Both the position numbers and the translations under genes were made by a program. The notes under the pieces were generated by a model that did no database searches, was not told the origin of the DNA, and saw only the letters and a program-made list of their open reading frames with translations. From positions 45,367-109,366 of the forward strand of contig JAHHSG010000003.1 of assembly GCA_020025305.1 (NCBI GenBank): DNA of 64,000 nucleotides, in the 5' to 3' direction. The DNA is from Oscillospiraceae bacterium (GTDB lineage Bacteria > Bacillota > Clostridia > Oscillospirales > Oscillospiraceae). Shown one piece after another: positions 31,743-41,622 of the stretch (its first letter is position 1; each line of letters begins with the position of its first letter).

Positions 31743-34178
31743 TTACGTTTCTCCCTTGACGACCGCAACGGCTCCCCGCTGCAGCGTTATGTGGGCGCTA
31801 TCCCCCCGCTGCAGCGTTCCGTTCAGCAGCTGCTGGGCCAAGATATCCTCTACCTGCCGCCGGATGATGCGCCGCAAAGGCCGTGCACCGTAACGTCGAT
31901 CAAACCCCTCTTTGGCAAGCTGTGCCACTGCAGCCTCCTCCGCTGCCAAGTGGATGCCCTGCTCCTGCGCACGGTGGGCTGTCTCCTCCAAAAAGCCACG
32001 GGCAATGCACTCCATTGCCGACGGAGTCAGCGGGCGGAATACCATGGTCTCATCCATACGATTCAGCAGCTCCGGGCGGAATGTTTGCCGCAAATCCTCC
32101 AATACGCTGCTGCGGATACGGTCAAAATCTCCCGCACCTTCCTCTGTGCTGTCACGAAACCCCAGCGGCGCACCGGCCATAAATCGTTCATCCCCTACAT
32201 TGGACGTCATGACGATCACCGTATTTTTAAAGTCTACACGACGGCCCCGGGCATCGGTGAGCACACCCTCCTCCAAAATCTGTAAAAGAAGGTTGCACAC
32301 ATCCCGGTGTGCCTTCTCCAGTTCGTCAAAGAGCACGACGCAATAAGGCCGGCGGCGCACACGTTCTGTCAGCTGCCCCCCTTCCTCGTGGCCCACATAG
32401 CCGGGAGGTGACCCTATCAGGCGAGAGACGGCATGACGCTCCATATACTCCGACATATCCAGCCGGATCATGGCATTCTCTGTGCCGAACATAGCTTCCG
32501 CCAACGCGCGGCATAACTCTGTCTTGCCCACCCCGGTAGGCCCTAAAAAGAGAAAAGAACTGATGGGACGGCAGGGATCCTGCAGCCCCACACGGCTGCG
32601 GCGTACCGCCCGAGCCACCGTGCAAACGGCCTCCTCCTGCCCTACCACCCGCGCACGCAGCGTATCCTCTAAGTGCAGCAGCCGGAACCGCTCATCTTCC
32701 GTGAGCCTTGTCACCGGGATACCGGTCCACTCAGCAGCCACCCGGGCGATATCGTCCCCGTCCACACTGTCATCATCTGCCGATTGCCGCCGCCAGCTCT
32801 CCCGCCGATCTGCCAGCTGTCCTTCAAAATTCTCCTCCACATCCCGGAGCTCCGCCGCCTGCTCATAGTCCTGCGACGCCACCGCCAGTTCTTTCTCCCG
32901 GCGCAGGGTTATGAGCTTTTCCTCCAAGCTTTTCACATCCGGACAGACCGGATGTGCTCTCATACGCACCTGACTTGCCGCCTCATCCACTAAATCAATG
33001 GCCTTATCCGGCAAAAAACGATCATGAATATACCGGGCGGATAACCGCACTGCCGTCTCCACCGCTTCATCGGTAATACACAGGCGGTGGTGTGCCTCGT
33101 AGCGCTCCCGAAGCCCCAGCAGGATCTCCACTGCCACCTCCTCCGTGGGTTCCTCCACGGTGACAGGCTGAAAGCGACGCTCCAGTGCGGCGTCTTTTTC
33201 AATGTAGCGCCGATACTCTTCCAACGTTGTGGCTCCTATCACCCGAATCTCTCCCCGGCCCAGCGCGGGCTTGAGAATGTTGGCAGCATCCACGGCACCC
33301 TCCGCACTGCCTGCGCCTACAATATTGTGCAGCTCGTCGATAAAGAGAATGACATCTCCGGCACAGCGCACATCCTCCACCATATTGCGGATACGCTCTT
33401 CAAATTCACCGCGGTACTTGGTACCGGCCACCATGCTGCCCAGATCCAATGACAAAATCCGCTGATCCCGCAGTTCCTCCGGCACATCGCCCATGGCAAT
33501 CCGCTGCGCCAACCCCTCTACAATGGCCGTTTTGCCGACACCGGGTTCCCCCACAAGGGCCGGATTATTCTTACTGCGGCGTGAAAGGATGCGAATCGTG
33601 CGGTCGATTTCCTTCTCTCGCCCCACCACAGGGTCCAATTGGCCGCAGCGTGCCGCCTCCGTCAGATCTTTGGTATAGGCCGCCAAGTTTTTACATCGTT
33701 TCTCCTCCCGCCCGCTATTGGCGGCGGGCGGCGGTGTCGGACGCCCGCCCACACGTTTGAGCACAGTGCCGTAAAGCCGCCGACCGTCCACACCGGAAGC
33801 ACGGAGAATATCCACTGCCATATTGTTTCCCTCCCGCAGCATCCCCAGCAGCAGGTGCTCTGTACCGATATAGCCGCTGCCGCTGCGAATCGATTCCCCC
33901 ACCGCCAATTCAATCGTACTTCTGGCTCGCGGTGTAAGTCCTTGGAAGGATGCAGCCCCGGCACTTCCGGTACCGGCAGTGCGCTCAAGCAGCTGGCAGA
34001 CCGTGTCATCACGGACGCCGCTGTCCAGCAGCACCCGATGCGCCACTCCCTCCTCTTCTCGCAAAAGGCCTAAAAGCAAATGCTCATTGCCCACATAGCC
34101 ATGGCCCAACTGCTCTGCAGCCTCCTGAGCAAGCCGCAGCGCCCGGTTGGCCCTTGGCGTAAACTTATTTTCTCTCAT
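31743..34178 (-). CDS. clpC: ATP-dependent Clp protease ATP-binding subunit, ClpC-like
   Basis: Clp-N repeats, [36 protein letters not shown]-like linker, LGF ClpP-docking loop. Confidence 0.9.
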   Translation of the reverse strand: MRENKFTPRANRALRLAQEAAEQLGHGYVGNEHLLLGLLREEEGVAHRVLLDSGVRDDTVCQLLERTAGTGSAGAASFQGLTPRARSTIELAVGESIRSGSGYIGTEHLLLGMLREGNNMAVDILRASGVDGRRLYGTVLKRVGGRPTPPPAANSGREEKRCKNLAAYTKDLTEAARCGQLDPVVGREKEIDRTIRILSRRSKNNPALVGEPGVGKTAIVEGLAQRIAMGDVPEELRDQRILSLDLGSMVAGTKYRGEFEERIRNMVEDVRCAGDVILFIDELHNIVGAGSAEGAVDAANILKPALGRGEIRVIGATTLEEYRRYIEKDAALERRFQPVTVEEPTEEVAVEILLGLRERYEAHHRLCITDEAVETAVRLSARYIHDRFLPDKAIDLVDEAASQVRMRAHPVCPDVKSLEEKLITLRREKELAVASQDYEQAAELRDVEENFEGQLADRRESWRRQSADDDSVDGDDIARVAAEWTGIPVTRLTEDERFRLLHLEDTLRARVVGQEEAVCTVARAVRRSRVGLQDPCRPISSFLFLGPTGVGKTELCRALAEAMFGTENAMIRLDMSEYMERHAVSRLIGSPPGYVGHEEGGQLTERVRRRPYCVVLFDELEKAHRDVCNLLLQILEEGVLTDARGRRVDFKNTVIVMTSNVGDERFMAGAPLGFRDSTEEGAGDFDRIRSSVLEDLRQTFRPELLNRMDETMVFRPLTPSAMECIARGFLEETAHRAQEQGIHLAAEEAAVAQLAKEGFDRRYGARPLRRIIRRQVEDILAQQLLNGTLQRGDSAHITLQRGAVAVVKGET

Positions 34179-34407
34179 AGTAGCCCCTTCCCTGCCCTAT
34201 TGAAGGGCAAATCATTCCTGTTCCTGCGGGTTAGCCTCTGCTGACAGATTTTATACAGAAAGCTTCATTAACATGGAATATTTTCCGTAGTTTTTGCCAA
34301 AAAATCCAAAAAATACACAGGGCGGCACAATTTTTCAGAGGCAAGGTCTTGCATTATTCCATTTTCGTGCTACAATAGAATCACCAAATTTTTATGGAGG
34401 TGCTCTC

Positions 34408-34581
34408 ATGGCCTACAAAATCGGTTCTGGTTGCGTCAGCTGCGGCGCATGCGCTGATGCATGTCCCGTTGGTGCTATTTCTCAGGGTGAGGATCATTAC
34501 GAGATCGACGCCAACTCCTGCCTGGACTGCGGTTCCTGCGCAGATACCTGCCCCAACGGCGCTATCTCTCCCGCAGAATAA
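34408..34581 (+). CDS. 2x[4Fe-4S] clostridial ferredoxin
   Basis: CVSCGACADACP and CLDCGSCADTCP; GGAGG RBS. Confidence 0.95.
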   Translation: MAYKIGSGCVSCGACADACPVGAISQGEDHYEIDANSCLDCGSCADTCPNGAISPAE

Positions 34582-34596
34582 TCGCACATGCATCCG

Positions 34597-34631
34597 AAAA
34601 AAACACCAGACTTTCTGTCTGGTGTTTTTTT
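34597..34631 (+). terminator. Ferredoxin terminator
   Basis: aaaaaaacaccagac/gtctggtgttttttt. Confidence 0.8.
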
Positions 34632-34685
34632 ATTGCAGCCACGCCACTTTTATTATACAATGGGGTCAGGAAAGGTGGGGATGTC

Positions 34686-35408
34686 TTGGAAAAAACAGAT
34701 CAGCTCTGGCCCGGCGGTTTCCGCTTTCTTTTTGATGATACGCTTTTTCAACCGGGAACTGACTCTTTTTTACTGAGCTCCTTTCCCCGGCTCAAATGCG
34801 GCGATCATATCTGTGATCTGGGCGGCGGCACGGGACTGATCGGCCTGCTGCTTTTGGCACGTGAGCCGTCCGTCCACGTTACAGAGGTAGAACTACAGAG
34901 CCAAGCCTGCTCTCTATGTCGCCGGAGCGCTGCACTCAATGGCTTAGAGGACTCTCTCCAGTGCATCGAGGCGGATCTTCGCCATCTCCCTATGCTGCGC
35001 CCCGGTTCCTTCGATTGGGTGGTAGCGAACCCTCCCTATTTTACTGTTGACAGCGGCGCACAGGCAAAGACAGCGCCGCGCCGTGCCGCACGTTCGGAAG
35101 TCACCTGTACGTTGGAGGACATTTTAATATCCGCAGCACGGCTGCTGCGTTGGGGCGGACGGTTGGCGCTGGTTTTTCGCACAGAGCGCATGGCCGAGCT
35201 GATGGACGCCTGCCGTCACCATGGTTTGGAGCCCAAGCGTCTGCGGCTTGTGCAAAACACAATTGCTTCCGCCCCTGCGCTGTTCCTATTGGAGTGCCGC
35301 CGGGGCGGCCGCACCGGCTTGCAGATCGAACCGCCCCTCCTTTTACAAGGGGCGGACGGCAAGCCTACAGCGGAGCTGGATGCCGTGTATTTCAGAGATA
35401 AGAGGTAA
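34686..35408 (+). CDS. tRNA1(Val) A37 N6-methyltransferase-like (YabB/TrmN6)
   Basis: GTDSFLL, DLGGGTG, NPPYF; upstream of rsmI. Confidence 0.85.
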   Translation: MEKTDQLWPGGFRFLFDDTLFQPGTDSFLLSSFPRLKCGDHICDLGGGTGLIGLLLLAREPSVHVTEVELQSQACSLCRRSAALNGLEDSLQCIEADLRHLPMLRPGSFDWVVANPPYFTVDSGAQAKTAPRRAARSEVTCTLEDILISAARLLRWGGRLALVFRTERMAELMDACRHHGLEPKRLRLVQNTIASAPALFLLECRRGGRTGLQIEPPLLLQGADGKPTAELDAVYFRDKR

Positions 35409-35412
35409 GGAT

Positions 35413-36249
35413 ATGGCAGGAACATTATATTTGGTAGCCACACCCATCGGCAATTTGGGGGACTTCTCCCCTCGCGCCGTAGAAACATTGGCGCATGCGG
35501 ACTTTATTGCCGCCGAGGATACAAGAGTATCCATGAAGCTCCTGAATCATTTTGGCATTAAAAAGCCGCTCATCAGCTATCACGAGCATAACCGTACCGC
35601 CGCCGGGGCCGCCATTACAGAGCGGCTCCTTTCCGGCGAGACTTGCGCCCTTGTCACAGATGCCGGGACACCCGCCATCAGTGATCCGGGGCAGGATCTA
35701 GTACAGCTGTGCGCTGCTGCCGGCATCACGGTGCAGAGCATCCCCGGCTGCTGTGCCTGTATTACGGCACTGGCAGTATCCGGTTTGCCCACAGGCCGCT
35801 TTACCTTTGAAGGCTTCCTTTCCGCCCAAAGAAAAGAGCGGCGCACACAGCTCCAGGCGCTGCAAAGCGAGGAACGCACCATGGTCTTTCACGAAGCCCC
35901 TCACAAGCTGCGTGCCACGCTGGCGGATATGCTGGAAATTCTGGGCGATCGCCGCATCTCTCTATGCCGCGAACTGACAAAACTCCACGAGGAGACGCAG
36001 CGCACCACCCTGCACGCCGCAGTAGAATTTTACCGAGAACATGAGCCGCGCGGCGAATACGTTCTGGTGATGGAAGGTGCTCCCCGGCAGGAGGGCCCCC
36101 TTCTCTCCATGGAAGAAGGCGTGGCTCGTGTTGTGAAACTGCGCAGTACCGGCATTGGCATGAAGGATGCCGTGCGGCAAGTCTCTGCCGACACGGGGCT
36201 GAATAAAAACGATCTCTACGAGGCCGTTTTAAAAAGTTCCCAAACATAA
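35413..36249 (+). CDS. rsmI: 16S rRNA C1402 2'-O-methyltransferase
   Basis: LYLVATPIGNLGD, AEDTR, DAGTPAISDPG, RELTKLHEE. Confidence 0.96.
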   Translation: MAGTLYLVATPIGNLGDFSPRAVETLAHADFIAAEDTRVSMKLLNHFGIKKPLISYHEHNRTAAGAAITERLLSGETCALVTDAGTPAISDPGQDLVQLCAAAGITVQSIPGCCACITALAVSGLPTGRFTFEGFLSAQRKERRTQLQALQSEERTMVFHEAPHKLRATLADMLEILGDRRISLCRELTKLHEETQRTTLHAAVEFYREHEPRGEYVLVMEGAPRQEGPLLSMEEGVARVVKLRSTGIGMKDAVRQVSADTGLNKNDLYEAVLKSSQT

Positions 36250-36252
36250 AAC

Positions 36253-36291
36253 CAAAAGGGGCTCTGCACCATTGGTGCAGGGCTCCTTTTG
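36253..36291. terminator. Bidirectional terminator between rsmI and abrB
   Basis: caaaaggggctctgcacc/ggtgcagggctccttttg between convergent genes. Confidence 0.75.
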
Positions 36292-36297
36292 CAGCCG

Positions 36298-36543
36298 TCA
36301 GTTTTCTTTCTTTAACTCCCGCAGGCATTTGCGGCAGACATTCTTCCCCTTAAATACAGCCACATCCCTAATACTGTCACAAAATATGCAGTTGGGCCGA
36401 TACTTTTTCAGGACAATCGCCCCACCGTCTACATAGATTTCCAGCGCATCTTTTTCTGCGATATCCAACGTTCTGCGCAATTCAACCGGTAGAACGATTC
36501 GTCCCAACTCGTCTACCTTTCTTACAATACCAGTAGATTTCAC
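36298..36543 (-). CDS. abrB: AbrB-family transition-state regulator
   Basis: MKSTGIVRKVDELGRIVLPVELRR; convergent on rsmI as in Bacillus. Confidence 0.93.
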   Translation of the reverse strand: MKSTGIVRKVDELGRIVLPVELRRTLDIAEKDALEIYVDGGAIVLKKYRPNCIFCDSIRDVAVFKGKNVCRKCLRELKKEN

Positions 36544-36583
36544 AGCACTTCTCCTATTCTCTCAAATTCCTGTGCTTTTGTTT

Positions 36584-36612
36584 ATTATGCACCATTTTTC
36601 CGCCAATGTCAA
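36584..36612 (-). promoter_or_regulatory. sigmaA promoter of abrB
   Basis: TTGACA-17-CATAAT. Confidence 0.65.
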
Positions 36613-36646
36613 CTATTTTACACTAATTTTAACAATGTCTGCACGA

Positions 36647-36674
36647 GATATTATGTATTCGCTGTGCATATAGT
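36647..36674 (+). promoter_or_regulatory. Putative sigmaE promoter of spmAB
   Basis: GATATT-14-CATATAGT, close to the sigmaE consensus; spmAB is sigmaE-dependent in Bacillus. Confidence 0.5.
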
Positions 36675-36694
36675 GCAATATAGGAGGCGATAAC

Positions 36695-37273
36695 ATGGCT
36701 TTAACGTGTATTTGGACAGGAATGGTTTTACTCTCTGTGCTCTTCGGCATAGGGAATGGCACGCTCGACAATGTGGGGCAGGCGGCATTGGAGGGAGCTT
36801 CCTCCGCCCTAGAACTGGCGTTGGGAATGGCAGGTGCCGTATGCCTTTGGAGTGCCGTAATGGAACTCATGCGCCAATGCGGCTTGGCAGATAGCCTCTC
36901 GCGTATCTTCCGGCCGCTGCTGCGGCGATTGCTGCCCCAAGGGAGCCGGGACAAGGAGACACTCTCCGCCGTATCGGCGAATGTGTCGGCGAATCTGTTG
37001 GGTTTAGGGAATGCAGCAACGCCCTTGGGGATCCAAGCCGCACAACGGATGGCCGCAGGCTGCAACGGCACAGCCACGGATGAACTGTGTCGTCTGGTGG
37101 TACTGAATACGGCCTCCATCCAGCTATTGCCAACCACCGTATCGGGCATACGGGCTGCCTGCGGCTCTGCTGCCCCCATGGATATTTTACCGGCGGTATG
37201 GCTCACCTCGCTCCTGTCTGTAACGGCAGGACTGGCAGCAGCACGGCTTTTGCAGACGATTTGGAGGGATTGA
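36695..37273 (+). CDS. spmA: Spore maturation protein A
   Basis: ANLLGLGNAATPLGI, NTASIQLLPTT. Confidence 0.93.
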   Translation: MALTCIWTGMVLLSVLFGIGNGTLDNVGQAALEGASSALELALGMAGAVCLWSAVMELMRQCGLADSLSRIFRPLLRRLLPQGSRDKETLSAVSANVSANLLGLGNAATPLGIQAAQRMAAGCNGTATDELCRLVVLNTASIQLLPTTVSGIRAACGSAAPMDILPAVWLTSLLSVTAGLAAARLLQTIWRD

Positions 37274-37274
37274 T

Positions 37275-37796
37275 ATGCATATTTCTTCCTGGGTCATCCC
37301 CGCCGTTCTGGCCGGGACGGCGCTGTACGCCCTCTTACGGAGAATAGACGGTTACAGCGCCTTGACGGAGGGTGCAATGCAGGGGCTTACTGTCATGGTC
37401 AAGATTTTGCCTTCCCTCATTGTGCTGCTGTCCGCCACCGCCATGCTTCGTGCCTCCGGGGCACTGCAATGGTTGACGGAATTGCTGTCTCCTCTTCTCT
37501 CCACGGTCGGCATTCCGCCAGAAACCATGCCCTTGCTGCTGATTCGCCCCATCAGCGGCTCCGGGGCGCTGGCTGTAGGGGGCGAACTGATGGCGCAATA
37601 CGGGCCGGACTCCTACATAGGGCGGGTGGCGGCGGTGATGCTGGGTTCCACGGAGACCACCTTTTACACTGTGGCCGTCTACTTCGGTGCCGCCAACATC
37701 CGCCGCACCCGCTACGCCATTCCGGCAGCACTCACCGCCGATGCCGTCGGTTTTCTGGGCGCCGCCATGAGTGTGCGGCTGTTCTTCGGGACGTAA
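37275..37796 (+). CDS. spmB: Spore maturation protein B
   Basis: RPISGSG, GSTETTFYTVAVYFG. Confidence 0.93.
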   Translation: MHISSWVIPAVLAGTALYALLRRIDGYSALTEGAMQGLTVMVKILPSLIVLLSATAMLRASGALQWLTELLSPLLSTVGIPPETMPLLLIRPISGSGALAVGGELMAQYGPDSYIGRVAAVMLGSTETTFYTVAVYFGAANIRRTRYAIPAALTADAVGFLGAAMSVRLFFGT

Positions 37797-37847
37797 TGGG
37801 AAAAATACGCTGCGCTGATGCCGGATATACACCCTCTTCTTATGAAA

Positions 37848-37881
37848 AAAGAGAGCGTATCTACATTGATACGCTCTCTTT
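37848..37881. terminator. Bidirectional terminator between spmB and argS
   Basis: 14-bp stem aaagagagcgtatc/gatacgctctcttt. Confidence 0.8.
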
Positions 37882-37884
37882 CCA

Positions 37885-39627
37885 TTACATCTGCTCCGGG
37901 GCATTGCAGCCGATGAGGGCCATGCCGTTGCGCAGGACGCTGCGTGCCGTGTCAGCCAGCTTCAGTCGGGCGCGCAGGAGCTGTTCCTCTTCCCCCTTGA
38001 TGCGGCAGGCACTGTAGAACTTGTGGAAAGCGGCAGCCAAATCGGTCAGATAGCGGTTGATATGGCTGGGGTCGTAGTCACGAGCCGCCAAACGCACCGC
38101 CTCACAGTAGACAGACAGCTGCTTGATAAGGGCCTTCTCGCTGTCCTCACGCAGGAGGCTGAAGTCCACATCCTTGGCATCGGGCACAGTGTGTCCCTCT
38201 GTCGCCAGCGCCTTCAACAAGGTGCAAATGCGGGCATGGGCATACTGCACATAGTACACCGGGTTTTCGCTGTCCTCACGGACCGCAAGCCCCAGGTCAA
38301 ACTCCATCTGGGTTTCAGGCTTGGCATTAAAGAAGTAGCGGCAGGCATCCACAGGAATCTCATCGAGCAGGTCAGTGAGGGAAATGGCCTTGCCGGTGCG
38401 CTTGGACATACGCACCACCTCGCCGTCACGCACCAGCTTCACCAGCTGCATGAGGACGATATCCAGCCGCTCCGACCCGTTAAGACCCAGAGCATCCATA
38501 GCCCCCTTCAAACGTGCTACATGACCGTGGTGGTCGGCACCCCAGATGTTGATGACCTTGTCAAAGCCGCGGACGGCAAATTTATTGCGGTGGTAGGCGA
38601 TATCGGCGGCGAAGTAGGTATAAAAACCATTGGCACGGCGCAGTACGTCGTCTTTCAGACCCAGCTTCTCGATCTCCTCGTCGCTCTTGCCGGCCTTCTT
38701 CAGCTGCTCGCCAAGGATGCGGCTGGTGTTGAGCCACAGCGCGCCGTCCTTCTCGTAGGTATAGCCCAGTTCGGTCAGCTTGCCCACAGAGTCGGCCACA
38801 TAGCCGCTCTCATGGAGGGAGGACTCAAAAAACCACTGATCATAGTGAATGCCGTAGCGAGCCAGATCCTTTTGCATCTTGGGGATGTTGCGGCTCAGGC
38901 CGAACTTGGCAAGAGCATCGTGACGTTCCTGCTGGTCACATTCCAAGTACTTGTCGCCTTCCTGCTCATAGAAAGCCTGTGCCAGCTCACGGATATCATC
39001 GCCGTGATAGCCGTCCTCGGGGAACTCCACGGCATCCTCACCGCGAATGATCTGAATATAGCGTGCCTCCAGGCTCTTGGCAAACTTCTCGATCTGGTTG
39101 CCGGCATCATTCACATAAAATTCACGCCACACATCGGCGCCGGACTTTTGCAGTACGGAAGCCAGCGTATCACCCAGCACGCCGCCCCGGGCATTCCCCA
39201 TGTGCATGGGGCCGGTCGGGTTGGCAGAGACAAATTCCACCATGTACTTCTTGCCGGAGAGCATATCATTGCTTCCGTAATTCTCCCCCTCGGTTTCCAC
39301 GGCAGCTACCGTGTCGGCAAACCACTTATCGCCCAGCCGAAAGTTCAAAAAGCCGGGTCCTGCCATCTCCACGGAGGTGAAATAGGAACCATCCAGTACC
39401 ATATGATCCATGAGGATCTGAGCCACCTGACGGGGATTCATCCGCATGGCTTTGGCAGCGGCAAGGCAGAAGGTGGTAGTATAGTCGCCGTTGGAGCTGT
39501 CCTTGGGGATCTCCACAGAAGGGGTCACGGACACCTCGGGCAGCATCCCCGCAGCGTTGGCCTTTTTCAGTGCCTCCAGTGTCAACTGCAGCACCTGGTC
39601 TTTCGCGTTTTGGATCATATTGATCAT
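37885..39627 (-). CDS. argS: Arginyl-tRNA synthetase
   Basis: SANPTGPMHMGNAR, GADHHGH, MSKRTG, YVQYAHAR. Confidence 0.97.
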   Translation of the reverse strand: MINMIQNAKDQVLQLTLEALKKANAAGMLPEVSVTPSVEIPKDSSNGDYTTTFCLAAAKAMRMNPRQVAQILMDHMVLDGSYFTSVEMAGPGFLNFRLGDKWFADTVAAVETEGENYGSNDMLSGKKYMVEFVSANPTGPMHMGNARGGVLGDTLASVLQKSGADVWREFYVNDAGNQIEKFAKSLEARYIQIIRGEDAVEFPEDGYHGDDIRELAQAFYEQEGDKYLECDQQERHDALAKFGLSRNIPKMQKDLARYGIHYDQWFFESSLHESGYVADSVGKLTELGYTYEKDGALWLNTSRILGEQLKKAGKSDEEIEKLGLKDDVLRRANGFYTYFAADIAYHRNKFAVRGFDKVINIWGADHHGHVARLKGAMDALGLNGSERLDIVLMQLVKLVRDGEVVRMSKRTGKAISLTDLLDEIPVDACRYFFNAKPETQMEFDLGLAVREDSENPVYYVQYAHARICTLLKALATEGHTVPDAKDVDFSLLREDSEKALIKQLSVYCEAVRLAARDYDPSHINRYLTDLAAAFHKFYSACRIKGEEEQLLRARLKLADTARSVLRNGMALIGCNAPEQM

Positions 39628-39631
39628 CGTA

Positions 39632-40057
39632 TTATCTCTCCTTGTCTTTCTCTATCGTAATCCGCAGACACACATCTGAAATAGGTGCGCCTCCATGCAG
39701 CATGGTGTAGTCCATGGCAATTTCCCCCGGCTTGTCCCCTTCCAGTGCCCAGTGAATATGGCGGGTCTCAATCCCCATTTCCAGAACAGCACCGCCGGAG
39801 CGCATGCGAAGTATGGTAGGACACTCCGGATTTAATTGCAGGGTATAGCCAATGGAGGTATTGTGTACTGTAATGCCCTCCCCGGTCATCTTCAAAGCGT
39901 TATTGCTTGGCTGGCCCGCCTCGTCTGTGGCGCTGTAGCGCAGATGATAGCCGTCCTCATCGTGCCGCAGCAGGCCACGACCCGTTTGGCACATCTCCTC
40001 ACGCTCGCCCTGTGCGGTGATGACACTGCGGATCGCAACTTTTACATGTCCTTCCAC
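39632..40057 (-). CDS. DUF1934/YwiB-like beta-barrel protein
   Basis: About 141 aa, beta-rich, directly upstream of argS as ywiB is; start uncertain (alternative 40069). Confidence 0.65.
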   Translation of the reverse strand: MEGHVKVAIRSVITAQGEREEMCQTGRGLLRHDEDGYHLRYSATDEAGQPSNNALKMTGEGITVHNTSIGYTLQLNPECPTILRMRSGGAVLEMGIETRHIHWALEGDKPGEIAMDYTMLHGGAPISDVCLRITIEKDKER

Positions 40058-40065
40058 AGCGCACC

Positions 40066-40875
40066 TCAATAGTTCTCGATGTTCACCGGCTCTGCCGGCG
40101 TGGCCATCGGCTCATCTAAAAACTGCACGGCAAGCTCCCTAAATTCCTTCGCATCCCCGCTGGCGTACAGGGTAACGCCGCCCACGCCGTCGCGGAGCAA
40201 ATCCTCTTTTTCCAGCACGTCCGCCAATTCCCGGGCCGCCTCGGCCCCGGCATTGATGAGCGTCACCGCCGGCCCCATCACGTCTGCGATGACATCCTCC
40301 AGCAGCGGGAAATGGGTGCAGCCCAAAATCAGGGTATCCACGCCGGTGGCCTTCATGGGTTCCAGATACTCCCGGGCCACCAGCTCCACCACCGCATCCC
40401 CCCGGCGATAGCGCCCGTTTTCCACCAGCGCTACAAAGAGGGGGCAAGCACAGCTGACGGTTTGGATGGCGCTGTCCATGGCGCGCATGGTGCGCTCATA
40501 GACGCCGGAGCGGACGGAGGCCGCCGTGGCAATGAGCCCCACCCGCTTATTCCGCGTCTGCTCCACCGCCCGGCGGCAGGCAGCATCCACCACACCCAGC
40601 ACGGGGATCTCGTTCTCCCGCTGCAGCGCAGGCAGCGCCGCCGTGGTGGCTGTGCCGCAGGCGATCAGCACCGCCTTCACATCCTTAGTACGGAGGAAGG
40701 CCATATCCTGCCGGGAATATCGGAGCAAAGTTTCCTCGGATTTTCCGCCGTAAGGGACACGGGACGTGTCTCCCAAGTATATAATGTTTTCAGAGGGGAG
40801 GAGCCTCCGCAGCTCCCGGACGGCCGTCAAGCCGCCCAGCCCGGAGTCAAACACTCCCACAGCCCTGTGATCCAT
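40066..40875 (-). CDS. murI: Glutamate racemase
   Basis: FDSGLGGL, PYG, IACGTA, LGCTHFP. Confidence 0.95.
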   Translation of the reverse strand: MDHRAVGVFDSGLGGLTAVRELRRLLPSENIIYLGDTSRVPYGGKSEETLLRYSRQDMAFLRTKDVKAVLIACGTATTAALPALQRENEIPVLGVVDAACRRAVEQTRNKRVGLIATAASVRSGVYERTMRAMDSAIQTVSCACPLFVALVENGRYRRGDAVVELVAREYLEPMKATGVDTLILGCTHFPLLEDVIADVMGPAVTLINAGAEAARELADVLEKEDLLRDGVGGVTLYASGDAKEFRELAVQFLDEPMATPAEPVNIENY

Positions 40876-41077
40876 GACAGAACCTCCCTATGGCACGCAT
40901 AACACGCATAATAATGTAACTAATTTATTATACTATTGAAAAGCGTGGGAAACAAGTGCAATTTTGGAGGATTTCCCCACTTTTTTCGGTGGTATTTTCT
41001 GTCATGGTCTGCTATAATGCTGTTATTCTAGGGCAGGCAGGTTTTCCTCCCCGGCAAAACCAATCGGAGGTGGCATT

Positions 41078-41491
41078 TTGGAGATCAAACTGAGTGAAAA
41101 ACAGTTCCGGCGTCTGCTGGATCTGGTGTATATCGGCAACTGGGTGCTCAACTCCACTCGGGGTGACGACCGCATCCGCCAGTACGATGAAGTGGAGAGC
41201 CTGCTCTTCTCCCACTGTCTCGGTCACGGCATGGCCTCCCTCACAGAGCTATACCAGGGGGAGCTGATCCCCTCCCGCGCTTTTGCCGAGGGCGGCATCC
41301 ATGAGGCGATTATGGCCTACGAAGATACGATTTTCTTTGAAATTCTGGCACAGGAGCTGGCGCTGCGGGATCTGGACGATCCCCCCGTCACAGCGGAAAA
41401 CTACGACGAGATCATGGAGCGGATGAATCTCTATCTGGGCGAATTTGAACTCCATGGAACGGACAACATTACAGTGGATATAGACAGCTGA
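41078..41491 (+). CDS. Acidic hypothetical protein
   Basis: 137 aa, TTG start after GGAGG, followed by a terminator. Confidence 0.75.
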   Translation: MEIKLSEKQFRRLLDLVYIGNWVLNSTRGDDRIRQYDEVESLLFSHCLGHGMASLTELYQGELIPSRAFAEGGIHEAIMAYEDTIFFEILAQELALRDLDDPPVTAENYDEIMERMNLYLGEFELHGTDNITVDIDS

Positions 41492-41511
41492 ATTTTTTCA
41501 GACAGTCAGCG

Positions 41512-41546
41512 AAAAGGCGGTGTAACTCCTGTTACGCCGCCTTTTT
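41512..41546. terminator. Terminator hairpin
   Basis: aaaaggcggtgtaac/gttacgccgcctttt. Confidence 0.75.
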
Positions 41547-41622
41547 CTTTGCTAAAGTCAGCATTAGCAAAGATTGTTTTATTTGCTAAGAAAGATTTCA
41601 CATAAAAAATACGGTTCCGCTT

